This document shows positions 12,388 through 23,731 of a stretch of 64,000 bases of DNA, piece by piece (position 1 is the stretch's first letter; the number at the start of each line of letters is the position of its first letter). The translations under genes and the position numbers were made by a program. The notes under the pieces are model-generated. The model saw nothing but the letters and a program-made list of their open reading frames with translations, was not told where the DNA came from and did not search any database. This DNA is from Lama glama (taxonomy: Eukaryota). Location: assembly GCA_028534125.1 (NCBI GenBank), contig CM052817.1:87360001-87424000 (forward strand), written 5' to 3'.

Positions 12388-15234
12388 ACATATATGTTCA
12401 GAGAGACAGAGACACAGAGAGGCAGAAACAGGCACAGGGACAGAGTCAGATAGAAAGAGAGACAGAAAGAAACAGAAAAGAGTTCAATGGAGTACCAACA
12501 AATTTGTAGGGCTGTGTAGCCTCCGAGATATTTCATCAAAGGATAATTTATTGGTTCTCGAAATGTGATAGGACTCTAACAAATCTGAGTTATTCATATT
12601 TACATATATTTAAAGATTTCAACATATTATCAGCTATATTGAATATTTCAAGATGTTTTCTTAGCAGAGGACATTTATTTGTGTATATTTTTGTTTTGTT
12701 TTATTTTACTTTGTTTTTAGTTCCTTGTTTCAAACAGCTGAACGTTTTTAAAAACTTGTTCAAAATTAATGGTAGATCACCAATCTCACACTCATTACTC
12801 TTAAAATTTTACCTGACTCTGAACAAGGGGAAAGAACTAACACAATTTTCCCATTATTGTGCAATGCTTAAGTTGTACTTCACTGTTTAAAAAATTTTAA
12901 ATCTATAGTAGACTTGTTTAAAATTACAAAAGAGAAAAAATCTTTTACATAAAAATAATTTAGAAATAATGAATTTTGAACAATATGTCATTTTAGAAAA
13001 ATAAAGCAATAAAATTACATCACTTTTGTTGATCATATTGCGTATAAAGTATATCACTTTTATAGACAAAATTCATCACTTCTGATAATTTCCACAAATC
13101 TTTTAAATTATTACTTGTAAAAAATTGCAAAGTTGAATTTTGCTTCATGGTTCACACCTCTTCTCATGTAGGTGTTTTCCCTTACTCTAGAAAATGTATT
13201 ACAAATTTGGAGTTCACAGTGGATGATTCTCTTTAATACCTATGAATAATTAATAAAATAGTATGTAGTAAAGGAAAGAATATTAAGACATGAAATATTG
13301 TCTAATTATATGTTTTAAAGATTTAAAATATCATTTGATGTGATTTTAAATATAAAATATATACATTTCAAAAATTTTTGTATATGTGTATTATTTTACT
13401 TTTGGCATAAGTCATTAGAATTACAATTTCAAACTTCTAAACTTGTATGGTATAGGTATTTTCATAATTTTATATCAATAAGCATATATTTTTCATACAT
13501 TTCTATGCTATACTTTACTTTTAATACTTATAGAGATTTGACCTTTCATAAAAAATATAATATATGAAATATGACTTCAGTAAAAAAGAACACATTTAGC
13601 ATGTTCTAAAGGTATTTTTCTTATATGTTTAAAATTTAAAGTGGTCTTTTCAAAATATATTCTAAAATACAATAGTAAGGACAATAACTGTATACCTAAT
13701 GTGTTTGATTGAAGATGGGAAACCTGTATCTTTAGAGGTTAAGACAGTTTTGTAAAAGTACCACACAAGAAGAATATTTTATTTTTCCTTTGTATGTGTG
13801 TGGTTCTTATTCCTTATTGTTATATATGATACATCAGAGGAAAATTTGAAGGAGGATTTATCATAATCTTTGTCAGAATGTTCTGTACAGTACATTCATA
13901 ATGCAAAATTCTCATCTAAAATTCAGGACATTATTTTATGAAAAAAATATGTTATACTCAGAAGTCAAACCCTATTTTTAAGATGAGTTAGGACCTTGGT
14001 AGTGAAAAGTAAGCAAATGCTGCTGCACTTCAATATGTAAATCGCTATTAGATACACTGTAAACCCATATATTAATTATGAAATTGTTTTCCTTTTTTTG
14101 CTTTTTACTAAAACCTTCATTTAGTTCCTCACTATAGCTTTAATTTCCTCTTTAAAAATTAAGTTCTAAATTTACTTTGACATACTTCAACTACATTCAT
14201 ATATCACATAAAAAGTTTCGAAACTTCTTGTCTTCTGTTATTTACAGTTTTCAAGTACTTATTATTAAACTTGAAAATGGGATCATAAAATCATGTGTAC
14301 TGATAGCAAAACAAACACATTTATCCTTATAAATGCTCTTATGGTGGTTAACAGCATAGAAGCTTGTCTAGCATTATTTTAATGACTTTTCTAAAGGAAA
14401 AAAAAGCAATAAAACAGAATTCTCAATTTGGTGACAAGTGTTACGTGTTAGTAGTTTTTAGAAAAATACTAAGTCATCAAAGAATGTGATGGCAATTAGG
14501 AGATTTGATAAACAAAATTGTATTATATACCAAAGGTTTGCATTTTCTTGAGATAGGGAATTTGTACCTAAAAATAATGTACATATATGTGATTCTGGGG
14601 GTAAATTAGATGTTTAAATGACCAAAATTTTTAACTAATTAAGACATGTTTTTGCTTCACTGTGAAATACGCACTTTAAAATGAATTGCAGAATATGAAT
14701 GTACCATCTTCTAATGTAATGAAACAGCATGGATCTTTTCTATTATCTAAAAGATTTAAACCAGAGGGAAATAGAAAGTCACAGTGCAATTTCACCTTTT
14801 ATAACTTCTCTTCAACTCTTTGTGAATATATTCAGTATATTCAGGAAACTAGCTCAAAATTAAATCTTAAAAATGTTAGCAGACCCTTGCTATTTTTGAA
14901 GCAATTCTAGAATACCTTAGTGGGAGTAGGAGGGGTCTTTAAAAAACTATTTGATGTATTTTTCTCTTTTGCTCCTCTTCTGAGTTCAAGTGTAGTAAAA
15001 TTAGAAGAGAATGAGCTATGTGGGAAATCAGTAGGTATGGTGGCATTGCAACTTAAAAGAATTAATACAAAAATAAACTTTATTTTCTACATGTAGATAA
15101 TTTAGAGATCAGGTTGAATGTTTGGAAAGTGTACATATTCAAAATAAACTGATGGAAAAGGAAATTGGAACTCAGGAAATTTTTTTAGTTCATTTTTTTA
15201 AACATTAAATTTTAAAAAGTTAACTCCTGGTTAA

Positions 15235-15392
15235 GTAGGTTTCAAAACAAAGTACTAGAGATAGAGAGGAGTATTATGTAATGACACAGGTTTGATTTAC
15301 CAGAAAAATTGAACAAATAATAGAATCTCCAAAGACATGAACAAAAACTAACAGAGTTAAAAGAGATCTAGACAAATCCACAGCTATAGCTG
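15235..15392 (+). mobile_element. Old L1 ORF2 endonuclease-region fragment
   Basis: AGAGATAGAGAGGAGTATTATGTAATGA...CAAAAACTAACAGAGTTAAAAGAGATCTAGACAAATCCACAGCTATAGCTG resembles RDKEGHYIM...QKLTELKGEIDKSTIIVG. Confidence 0.6.
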
Positions 15393-16079
15393 TCTCCTAC
15401 TTTTCCGTATAGTACTTCTATCAGTTACAGTTACAATTTCACTAAATACATGATATTAGCACTCTCTGTACATACTGTACCACACTGTATGTGGGCTTCA
15501 AGTGTTGGTATAAGCTACCATATCACTGATATCTACATTGAAGTGTAAATGTCCTCTTTAATATTGAGGAAATAAAAAATGTGGTCAATAGGTAAAGAAA
15601 ATATTCCAAGAAAGTTGAAGTGATACCATGTCTATTTCCTATCAAATGATTAATAGTTATCAATGGTAGTTAAATAGTTGAATAATCATATTGAAAGGAT
15701 GAAATGTGCATTTGGAGAGGAAGATTCAGAAACAGAACAACAAAATAAGGAAGTATATGATTAATAGACTTCTGAATATATACATATATACTTGGCTCTA
15801 AATAAAAAGTACAAAGTGCTGAGTGTGCAATGGTCATGATTTCTTAAATTATCTATCTTCTCCTGAGGTATCTCATTCCCTTGTTCAATTGTGCCCCCTT
15901 TTCTCCCCAGCTTAATCATGGAAACTAATATTTGACACAGAAAATTTCCACACTTTATGTCCACACTTCAACCACAATGCCTCTAACTCAGAGCTCCTTG
16001 ACTATCATCTCCCAGTCTTGTTTTCTTTCCATGTACCTGGTCAGCTGATCAGGCCATTTGTCACCTAGAAGCAGTCTTC

Positions 16080-16245
16080 TAAGCACTTTTAAATATATTC
16101 ACTATTTTGAGCCTCAATAAAAACCTGTCTTACAGGTATCAATATGATCTTCCCACCTTTAATGATGAGGAAAGTATTTGCCCAAAGTCATACTGTGAGT
16201 AAGTGGCAGCGCCAGGATTTGAATCTCAGCAATATGGCTCTTGTA
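16080..16245 (-). mobile_element. MIR SINE
   Basis: GATGAGGAAAGTATTTGCCCAAAGTCATACTGTGAGTAAGTGGCAGCGCCAGGATTTGAATCTCAG is a clear antisense MIR core. Confidence 0.85.
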
Positions 16246-17779
16246 TCCCTTATCCCTTATAATTTATCAAACTCATGAACTTATGAAACTTCTTTAGATT
16301 AGCTCTATTCAGTCAAGAAATCTGACAAGTGTATGTTGTACACTTGCTCAGGTTACTCATTCCAGCTACATGGAGCAAGCATCCGGGAGTGTTTAGGAAT
16401 GACAAAGAAGTGTGGGGAAAAGTCCCCTATCAAATTGGATGTACAGTTTCTATTTAAGTTGAACTGTTCTAGGACTAGCTAATAGGCTACTTTTATTAAA
16501 TGTGACTCAACATTATTAGACATATTTGATTGACCCAACCTATAAGCCTCAAAAATAATGTGGATAAAAGCAATTTTTACCCTGGCTACCATGATACAAA
16601 AATTCACAGTGGCAGCTAAGCGAGATATCAAATTTCTCTAGTCCAATTCTGTCACAAACTGTGATGGAATTACATTTTGAATTAAAAAGAATATCATGTA
16701 TAATTGTTACTCGTTCTTACTCATGACCAACTTGACCCAATCTGATTGATTTGCAAATAAATTATACATGATTTCAGTGGGTGTACAGTGTTTTAATTGC
16801 TTAGTATACTTGCCTATAAAGTTTTTTTTTCCAGAGTGTTTCTTTCCTTTTATTCTCCAGCAAAACTATGAATTAAAAATTGTGATCTTAATATTTCTTA
16901 ATCTTTGTGTAGTATTGGAGTGAATTAGAACATAGAAGTTTACATTCTGATCCACATTCATAGAAATTTTTCAGAACTTGGATATTATATTACCACAATC
17001 TAGGCAACTGGGAACATTTGATCAAGGTACCTGTATCCTTGACTTTTATATTCTTATTTTCCTACTTAGTACAGAAAATATGAATAGAGAAATAAACCCA
17101 AGGTAAAATAAAAAAGAAGTATAATTATCTTTCTTTTTTTCTGAAATATGATCAATTGGGGACCATGTGTATTAGCTACCTTCAGGAATTATGCTTCAGT
17201 TTCAGTGGTTCTGAAGAGATTTCGTGATAATTAGGAAATTTTCCCTGTAAGCAAAATGCTTAGAGTTAACATAAATCCTGATCTGGCTCAGGGTCTCTGT
17301 GGATTATACTTTCACTGAGTGGCATTTTTATCTAATTTACCAAATAGTGGCATGCCTGGTAGTAGTAGGGGCTGGAATTTGAAAAAGATAAGCCATGATC
17401 CTCAGTCTGCAAGGACAGACAATACAAAGTGATCGTCTCAGAATGGGATTTTGATGTGCCATTGACATTTAAAAAAGGAGAAAAGTTCACTGAATGGGAA
17501 AGACTGCAGGAAGTTTCATGGAGAACATAACATTTCATTTAACCTGTAGTTTGTAAAAGCTTCAAAATGTGTGCTGAGGCCCTCAAGTTAAGAAAGTAGG
17601 CCAAAGAGAGTTACATATACGTGAAAGTGGAAGAAATATGTATAACAGACATGAAGCTAGCTTGATTAAAAGGAAAGTGCACAAAAAGGGAAGTGTCTTC
17701 ATTCTGAATCATCAGTTTTTCACATCCATTATGTTTCTAAAATATTACTCTTGTGAAAGTCACCTGCTAATGTACTATT

Positions 17780-18312
17780 CCATGAGCAAGTCTAAGCCTA
17801 CATATTTGACAACTATTAGCAACTTTTGACTCAATCGTTCTCTTCTTCATGTGTTTTGTTCACTTGGCTTCTGTGGTAACATAATCCTCTGCACCCATCT
17901 ATCCCACTGGCATTGCTGGCTCAGTCTTCTGGTATGAATTATTCTTATTCATGACCTCTAAATGTGGCCATGACTGGTGTTTGTTGAAGGGCCTTCTCTA
18001 TCTATTTTCCTTGCTAAGTGATATCATCCAGTGCCATGGTTTTAAATACTATCTGAACACCAATAACTCCAAATTTATATCTCCAATTTGATCATCTTGG
18101 CTAAATTACACAGTTGGATAATCTCTTAAATGTTAAATACACAGTGCAAAATTAACATGCCCAAAGTCAAACTTGAATTGCAACTGGCTTCTTCTCTCAG
18201 ATTTTTCCTAACATTTAATAACAAATCTGTATATGCACCTGCTCAAATTAAGTCTTGGTTCATATCTTTTTTTCACATCAAAAATCAGATTGCTTAGCAA
18301 ATTCAGCTTAGA
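17780..18312 (+). mobile_element. L2 LINE fragment
   Basis: TTCACTTGGCTTCTGTG...GATATCATCCAGTGCCATGGTTTTAAATACTATCT...AACTCCAAATTTATATCTCC...TTAACATGCCCAAA are collinear L2 motifs. Confidence 0.8.
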
Positions 18313-18316
18313 AATA

Positions 18317-18609
18317 CATTTGACCCTTGAACGATAGAGGTTTGAGCTGTGCAGCTTCAATTACATGCATATTTTAAAAATAAACATATTGGAAAAATTT
18401 TTTGAGATTTAAAACAATTTGAAAAAACTGGAAACAAACTAAGTAGCCTATAAATATGGGAAAAAATTTGACATCATAACTGCATAAAATATATGTAGAT
18501 ACTAGTCTGTTTTATCATTAGCTACCATAATGATATACACAAATCTACTGTAAAAAGGTAAAATTTATGAAACTTATGAACACAAACAGAGATTGTACAT
18601 GGTGTTATC
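18317..18609. mobile_element. Tigger2 (TcMar-Tigger) DNA transposon fragment, one end only
   Basis: TA then CATTTGACCCTTGAAC...GGTTTGAGCTG resembles the Tigger2 TIR CAGTTGACCCTTGAAC; internal GCATAAAATATATGTAGATACTAGTCT matches Tigger2. Confidence 0.85.
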
Positions 18610-19710
18610 CAAAGAAGGCTTGGGAGAGTGAAAAAAATTAGCAGACTTCAGAGGAGAGATGATGAATGGAGAAAGCAAACAGGATAAGGTCAGTTTGTGA
18701 TTTCAGTGGCTCAGCCCAGCCCACAGACTTTCTGGATTCTGGTTTACAGTATCAGGGGAAGGAGTCAAGGCAACCAAGACTCCTGGGCAGACTTGGGAAA
18801 GGAGAGAGCCAGAGACAGGTAACCCCAAAATGCATGTTTAAACTCTACCCAAGTCTCAGGATGACATCTGAACCATGCATTTAATGAGTGAACTGAGATC
18901 ATTCTGAACTGAAATTTGAGCTACCACTTATGGTAGGCAAGAGAGAATCTGCAGCTTGAGTCTAACAAGGTTAATTGCCTGGTAAAACAAATATATCAAT
19001 AGGCTTCAAAGGAATATAGTAGAATCAACAATCTACATGGCAACACATCGTAAAGTTGGGTGTAAAGTTCAAAATCATTCAACATATGAAGAAACATGAA
19101 AATGTTCTCAAAGGGAAAGATGATCAGAGTTCATCCTGTGATGACCTAGATGTTGGAATTATAAAACAAAGACTTGGAAGAAGCTATCATAACCAAGGGC
19201 ATTAAGGTAAAGGAATTTACTCTTGACATAAATTAAAAAATAGGTGACTTCAGAGAAATATAAAATACTGAAAAGAACCAAATGGAAATTATAAAACTGA
19301 AAAATTCATATCTTAAATTTAAAAAAAAAATCCCTGGGTGAATTAAGTGGCAGAAAGAAGTTTAAAGAGTAAAGGGCCAATGGGCTTGAAAATACACCAA
19401 TAAAAATTATCCAGTAAGAGAAAGAAAAAAAAAATGGACAAATAATAAACAGAGGTCCATGAATCTGGAGAAAAAGGGAGAAAGCCCAGCATATGGATAA
19501 TTGAAATCCTAGAAGGAAAAATGAAAGAAAATGAAGCAGAAAAATATTTGAAAAACTAATAGTTCAAAATTACCTTCAAATATTGGAAGACATAGATTTT
19601 TAAATTTAAGAATCTCAGCAAAACTCAAATGAGTTAAATTTGAAGAAAACCATTTTTGACCACAACTTAGACTACTAAGAACCAAAAATCAAGAGAAAGA
19701 TCTTTTAAGC
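18610..19710 (+). mobile_element. Old L1 (L1M) 5' region/ORF1 remnant
   Basis: A-rich, with ORF1-type motifs GATGACCTAGATGTTGGAATTA, AAGAACCAAATGGAAATT and AATTGAAATCCTAGAAGGA...GCAGAAAAATATTTGAA. Confidence 0.75.
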
Positions 19711-19744
19711 ACTTTTCACTCTCTAATAGCATGTAACACAGAAG

Positions 19745-19856
19745 CATCACAACGTAATGGTTAAGCATTCCCATGGCTGAAGTCAAAGTCGGACTACGTG
19801 TTTTCATCTATTATCTCTACCATCCAAGGAGGCTACTTCTGGCCAAAGTATTTATT
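19745..19856 (+). mobile_element. MIR 5' fragment, ending at the adjacent LTR
   Basis: CGTAATGGTTAAGCAT...GAAGTCAAAG...CTCTACCA resembles the MIR tRNA-derived head. Confidence 0.5.
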
Positions 19857-20506
19857 TGTGATTTTTCAGGCCAGATCATAGACACCTACAGTATCCTTAC
19901 CTGGCAGGCCTCATAGGGGAAAGCTGCCCTCCATACAGGAAACTTGATTCACACAAAGCATTTGTCTCTGGAGGGGTTGCAGGCAAGGATTCATGCCCCT
20001 CTGGCCAGCCATGCTCTTACGCAATTTGCATTCTTGACCCAGGCATCTACATTCCTAGATTTATTTATCTAAGGTTTTCAGCCCAGATCTTGTTCAGACA
20101 TCTCAGCTGAGGGCTCCTTATGGGCCAGGGGATGGGAGAGGAGACCTTTAAGACTTTTTCCCTTACTCTCAGTTCCTAGAAATATTCTACTCCTAGCCCT
20201 CCGTCTTTTCCCTCCCCTGACTCCTGGGTCCATAAAACTTCAGAAGCCTTTTGTTCTGGGATCTCTGGGCAGTGAGATAGCTCTCAGGTCTGCGCCGATT
20301 CACTTGACTTTTGCCAATGTGCCTTGTTCTCTGCAGGAAATGGAACTAGGGAAGTTGATGCTTTCCCTGGTTGAGTCTCTTGTTTACACTATAACTGTAA
20401 GTAATTAAAGTCTTGATTCTAACTTCCGCTTTGACTTGTTGCTTTAATCTACTACTCTGACACTTGGCAGCTTAATTCTCTTTCTAGCTCAAATGAGCTC
20501 TTGACA
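19857..20506 (+). mobile_element. 5' LTR of a class III (ERVL-group) endogenous retrovirus
   Basis: TG...CA ends, CATAAAA TATA-like box (~20231), ATTAAA poly-A signal (~20404), and a PBS starting 3 nt after the terminal CA. The 5' boundary is less certain than the 3' boundary. Confidence 0.8.
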
Positions 20507-20509
20507 AAT

Positions 20510-20527
20510 TGGCTCAGCCAGCAGGGT
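20510..20527 (+). promoter_or_regulatory. Primer-binding site, tRNA-Ser type
   Basis: TGGCTCAGCCAGCAGGGT matches 16/18 to TGGCGCAGCGAGCAGGGT, the complement of the 3' end of mammalian tRNA-Ser(UGA) as I recall it. Confidence 0.75.
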
Positions 20528-21850
20528 ACTAGACTAAGCACAATGCCATTGTGAAGAGCAAAATGCCTGAAAATCCTGCAGGGCACCTCTCCGAGTCTGG
20601 TGCACATTCTTCATGGGTGCTAGTGGACCATTTGCCAGTCTTAGAGCCCCATAAGCACTTCACTTGCCATGGGGAGTGGTCATGGGGAATGCTTACAGAA
20701 GCAACGCTGCATTCTTTGGGGTTGCTAGTACATTGCTGATATAAAGTTTTGTTTGTTTGGCTGGTTGGTTGGTTTTGTTTGTTTGGTTGGTTGGTTGGTT
20801 TTGTTTGTTTCTTTGTTTGTTGTTTCCAACGAGGATCTTTGATCCTTCTCTTTGGCCCTTGACTCTTGGCTAAGATCACATAGTAGGTTAGATTACAGAT
20901 CCAACAGTCAGGTTTGAAAAATGCTAGGGAAGGAGTTCCCTAGCCATTGTGTGTGGGCTACAAAAGGACCAGAGGTGGTTGAGAGATTTTTGGGAGCTAA
21001 ATAACTGTAAGCAGGTCTCTAGGGCTGATAAAGACTTAGCAGTGCGGCAGGTTGTTGAAATTTTAGAGGGGAAAAAAAAAAAAGAGTACAGAGCCATTAG
21101 GACTGATTAGTCCCATGGCACCAAAGACATCTCAGAGATTTAGTTAGATCTTCTCCAAAGGTATCTTGCTCAAGCTAAGAAGGGACAGTGGCCAAGTGTG
21201 GTGCACTTAGTACAAACTCCTTCCTCAGAGAGCCCAGAGAGCAGGTGCTGCCAAGAAATGACAAGCAGCAGCAGCAGCAGCCCCAGCCTGCCCCGCACAG
21301 CCCCTTGGAGACTGACCAGGAAATGGTTACCCACTCCTGCAAGCTGCTCTGCCCAGCTCTCCACTTTCTTCGCCCCAACCCAGAGAGACTGTAGCTAAAT
21401 CCTGCTGGTAGCCCTGTGATTGACAAGGGCTCTGTTCCCTCCACTCCTCCCTGTGGGGCTGGGCAGGGAAGTGGGGCAAAAGGGTGGATGGCTCGGCCAG
21501 TCTTAGTCCAGAACTCTAACATTCAGAAATAAACTAGACCAGAGCTTAAGCCCATGTTCCTCTGTTCCCAGGAATTACCAGAGGCCCCATGCCAAGTTTA
21601 CAGTTAAATGGGGAGATAAAAGAAAATTGCACTTTGGGGGCTTTTTAGAAAATGATGTACAGGTGATAGTGATCCTGGCAAAACTTAGCATCAAAATAAG
21701 AGATAAACAAATGATGCTTTCAAGTTTGGGGGTTGAAACCACCACCACTGGGACCCTTGACGAAGCCTGACTCTGGGTGGGTCCCTTTGGGTCCCTACAA
21801 ACTTCTGTGGTACGAATGTATCATTGCTACTGACATATTGTCTACGTGCA
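20528..21850 (+). pseudogene. Degraded ERV gag-pro internal region (class III-type protease remnant at 21582-21840)
   Basis: RPHAKFTVKWGDKRKLHFGGFLENDVQVIVIL...LWVGPFG...(frameshift) ECIIATDIL resembles ERV-L protease RPFTRVTVHWG...FRGLLDTGSELTLIP...VGPVG...ECIIGIDIL. The active-site DTG is destroyed and stops are present. Gag is inferred from position only. Confidence 0.75.
20746..20826 (+). repeat. Compound (TTTG)n/(TTGG)n microsatellite inside the ERV
   Basis: Directly visible. Confidence 0.9.
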
Positions 21851-22032
21851 CCTCTGCTAGACTTCACCCCACACTTTTCTTTTGGTAATTGTAAAGAAAT
21901 AGACAACTTATATTTAAGACTATTAATGCTGTGACCTCTCAAGATAAACAATGAGAAATTATAAAATTGAACTGGAAGACTTTAGGGTTAATATTACTTC
22001 AAGATAATTATCTATGTTGTGGGCACACAGTA

Positions 22033-23460
22033 CAGGCACAGCTCAGAGATACTGCAGGTTCGGTGCCAGACCACCACAACAGAGTGATTATCTGAATAAA
22101 GAGAGTCACATGCATTTTTTTGTTTCCCGGTGCATATAAAAGTTATGTTTATACTGCACTGTAGTCTATTAAGTCTATTAAATAGCACACATTTTTGTCT
22201 ACAAAATGTACATACCTGCCAGCCGAGGGAGGCTGGAAAGGGATTCCAGGTGAGATGCCGCAACTGGAACAAGGCGCGAGGAGCAGACGGAGCAAAACAG
22301 CACTTTATTACAGTACAAACGGGCGGCGCGCATGGTGGGCGGCGGCGCTCAGCGCTTTCCTCTAGTTCAGCAAGACGGCACGCCGCCGGCATGGCGCACT
22401 TGTCTTTTTTGTATATTCTGCCTGTTCAGGCGTATTGTTCATGATGCATACTCATACTATTGGCACATGCGTATTGGCTACACTACTGGCGCATGCGTGC
22501 TGTTCAGGCTACTGGCGCATGCGTACATTTACCTGTTACCAGGTGCAAGCTATTGTGAGCTTTGGCCTGGGCCCCATGGCCTACTCACTTAAGGCTGCCA
22601 ACAATAACTTAATTTAAAAATACCTTATTGCTAAAAAATACTATTATATGAGGCTTCAGTGAATCTCTTTTTCCTGGTGGAGGGTCTTGCCCCTATATTG
22701 ATGGCTGATGATGGGTCAGAGTGGTGGTTACTGAAGGATGGGGTAGCTGTAGAAATTTCTTAAAATAAGATAACACAAAGTTTGCACATCAATTGACTCT
22801 TTCTTTCATGAACAATTTCTCTGTTGTATGCAATGCTGTTTGATAGCATTTTACCCACAGTAGAACCTCTTTCAAAATTGGAGTCAATCTCTCAAACCCT
22901 GCTACTGCTTTGTCAAATAAGTTTATGTAATATTCTAAATCCTTCATTGTCATTTCAACAATCTCCACAGCTTCTTTATTAGGAGTAGATTCCAACTCAA
23001 GAAATGACTTTCTTTGCTCATCTTAAGAATCAACTTATCATTAAAGTTTGATCATGAGATTTCAGCAATTCAGTCTCATATTCAGACTCCACTTCTAATT
23101 CTAGTTATCTTGCTAATTCAACCTCATCTGCAGTTACTTCCTCCACTGAAGTCTTGGACCCCTCAAAGTTATCCATGAGGATTGGAATCAACTACTTCCA
23201 AACTCCTGTTAATGTTGGTATTTTGACCTGTGCCCATGAATCATTAATGCTTTTAATGGTAACTAGGATGGTGAATTCTTTCCAGTGGTTTTCAGTTGAC
23301 TTTGCCAAGATCCATCAGAGGAATCAATATAAATGACAGATACAGTTTTATGAACTATATTTCTTAAATAATAAGACTTGAAAGTTAAATTAACTCCTTG
23401 ATCCACGAGCTGCAGACTGGATGTTGTGTTAGCAAGCATGAGAACAACATTTATCTCATT
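22033..23460 (-). mobile_element. Tigger1 DNA transposon, 3' ~1 kb, interrupted by an LTR at 22217-22603
   Basis: TA + CAGGCACAGCTCAGAGATACTGCAGGTTCGGTGCCAGACCACC is the Tigger1 terminus. The minus strand encodes [19 protein letters not shown] (DDE-region motif PANTTSILQPMDQG) and [34 protein letters not shown]; frameshifted. The other TIR is absent. Confidence 0.95.
22217..22603 (-). mobile_element. CpG-rich solo LTR, family not recognised
   Basis: TG...CA ends; 5-bp TSD ATACC/ATAAC splitting the Tigger1 sequence CATACC|TTAATTTAAAAA. The minus strand has CCAAT boxes, a TATA-like AATATACAAAA and AATAAA (22304-22309) in U3-R-U5 order. About 24 CpGs by hand count. Confidence 0.85.
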
Positions 23461-23667
23461 TCAATCCTGCTGGAGGTGCTGTAGAATGCTGAGCAGGTAG
23501 ATGTCGAGCAGTGGAGTAGCTGACACTTTTCCCAGTCCCAGGGCACAGCCATTGGTGTCGCCCACTTTTTGGCAGTGTGGGCAGTGTAGGTAATGACTCC
23601 AAGTGCATTTCCATGAGTTACTACTGTCACTACTGTCAAGAGCCTTGATTCCTTTTCCTTCCCCTTG

Positions 23668-23731
23668 GTAGGCTTTCCCTCCAGAATAATCACTAGATTG
23701 TAGGCTTTCCCTCCAGAATAATCACTAGATT
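23668..23731 (+). repeat. Perfect 32-bp tandem duplication
   Basis: GTAGGCTTTCCCTCCAGAATAATCACTAGATT occurs twice in tandem (23668-23699, 23700-23731). Confidence 0.95.

Noticed and set aside
21170..21522. Overlapping ORFs with poly-Q, poly-S, poly-C and poly-L
   Set aside because: They are translations of a short (CAG)5 run in GC-richer ERV internal sequence.
22457..22524. Regularly spaced repeats resembling a CRISPR array
   Set aside because: Only 16-bp repeats with 10-bp spacers, inside a mammalian LTR, with no cas genes.
22012..22617. Several 60-126 aa ORFs and a possible gene-associated CpG island
   Set aside because: The ORFs cross Tigger1/LTR boundaries and result from high GC; the CpG-rich part coincides exactly with the LTR.
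22789..23450. Possible domesticated transposase (TIGD1-like)
   Set aside because: Frameshifted, stop-ridden and truncated; an ordinary Tigger1 fossil.
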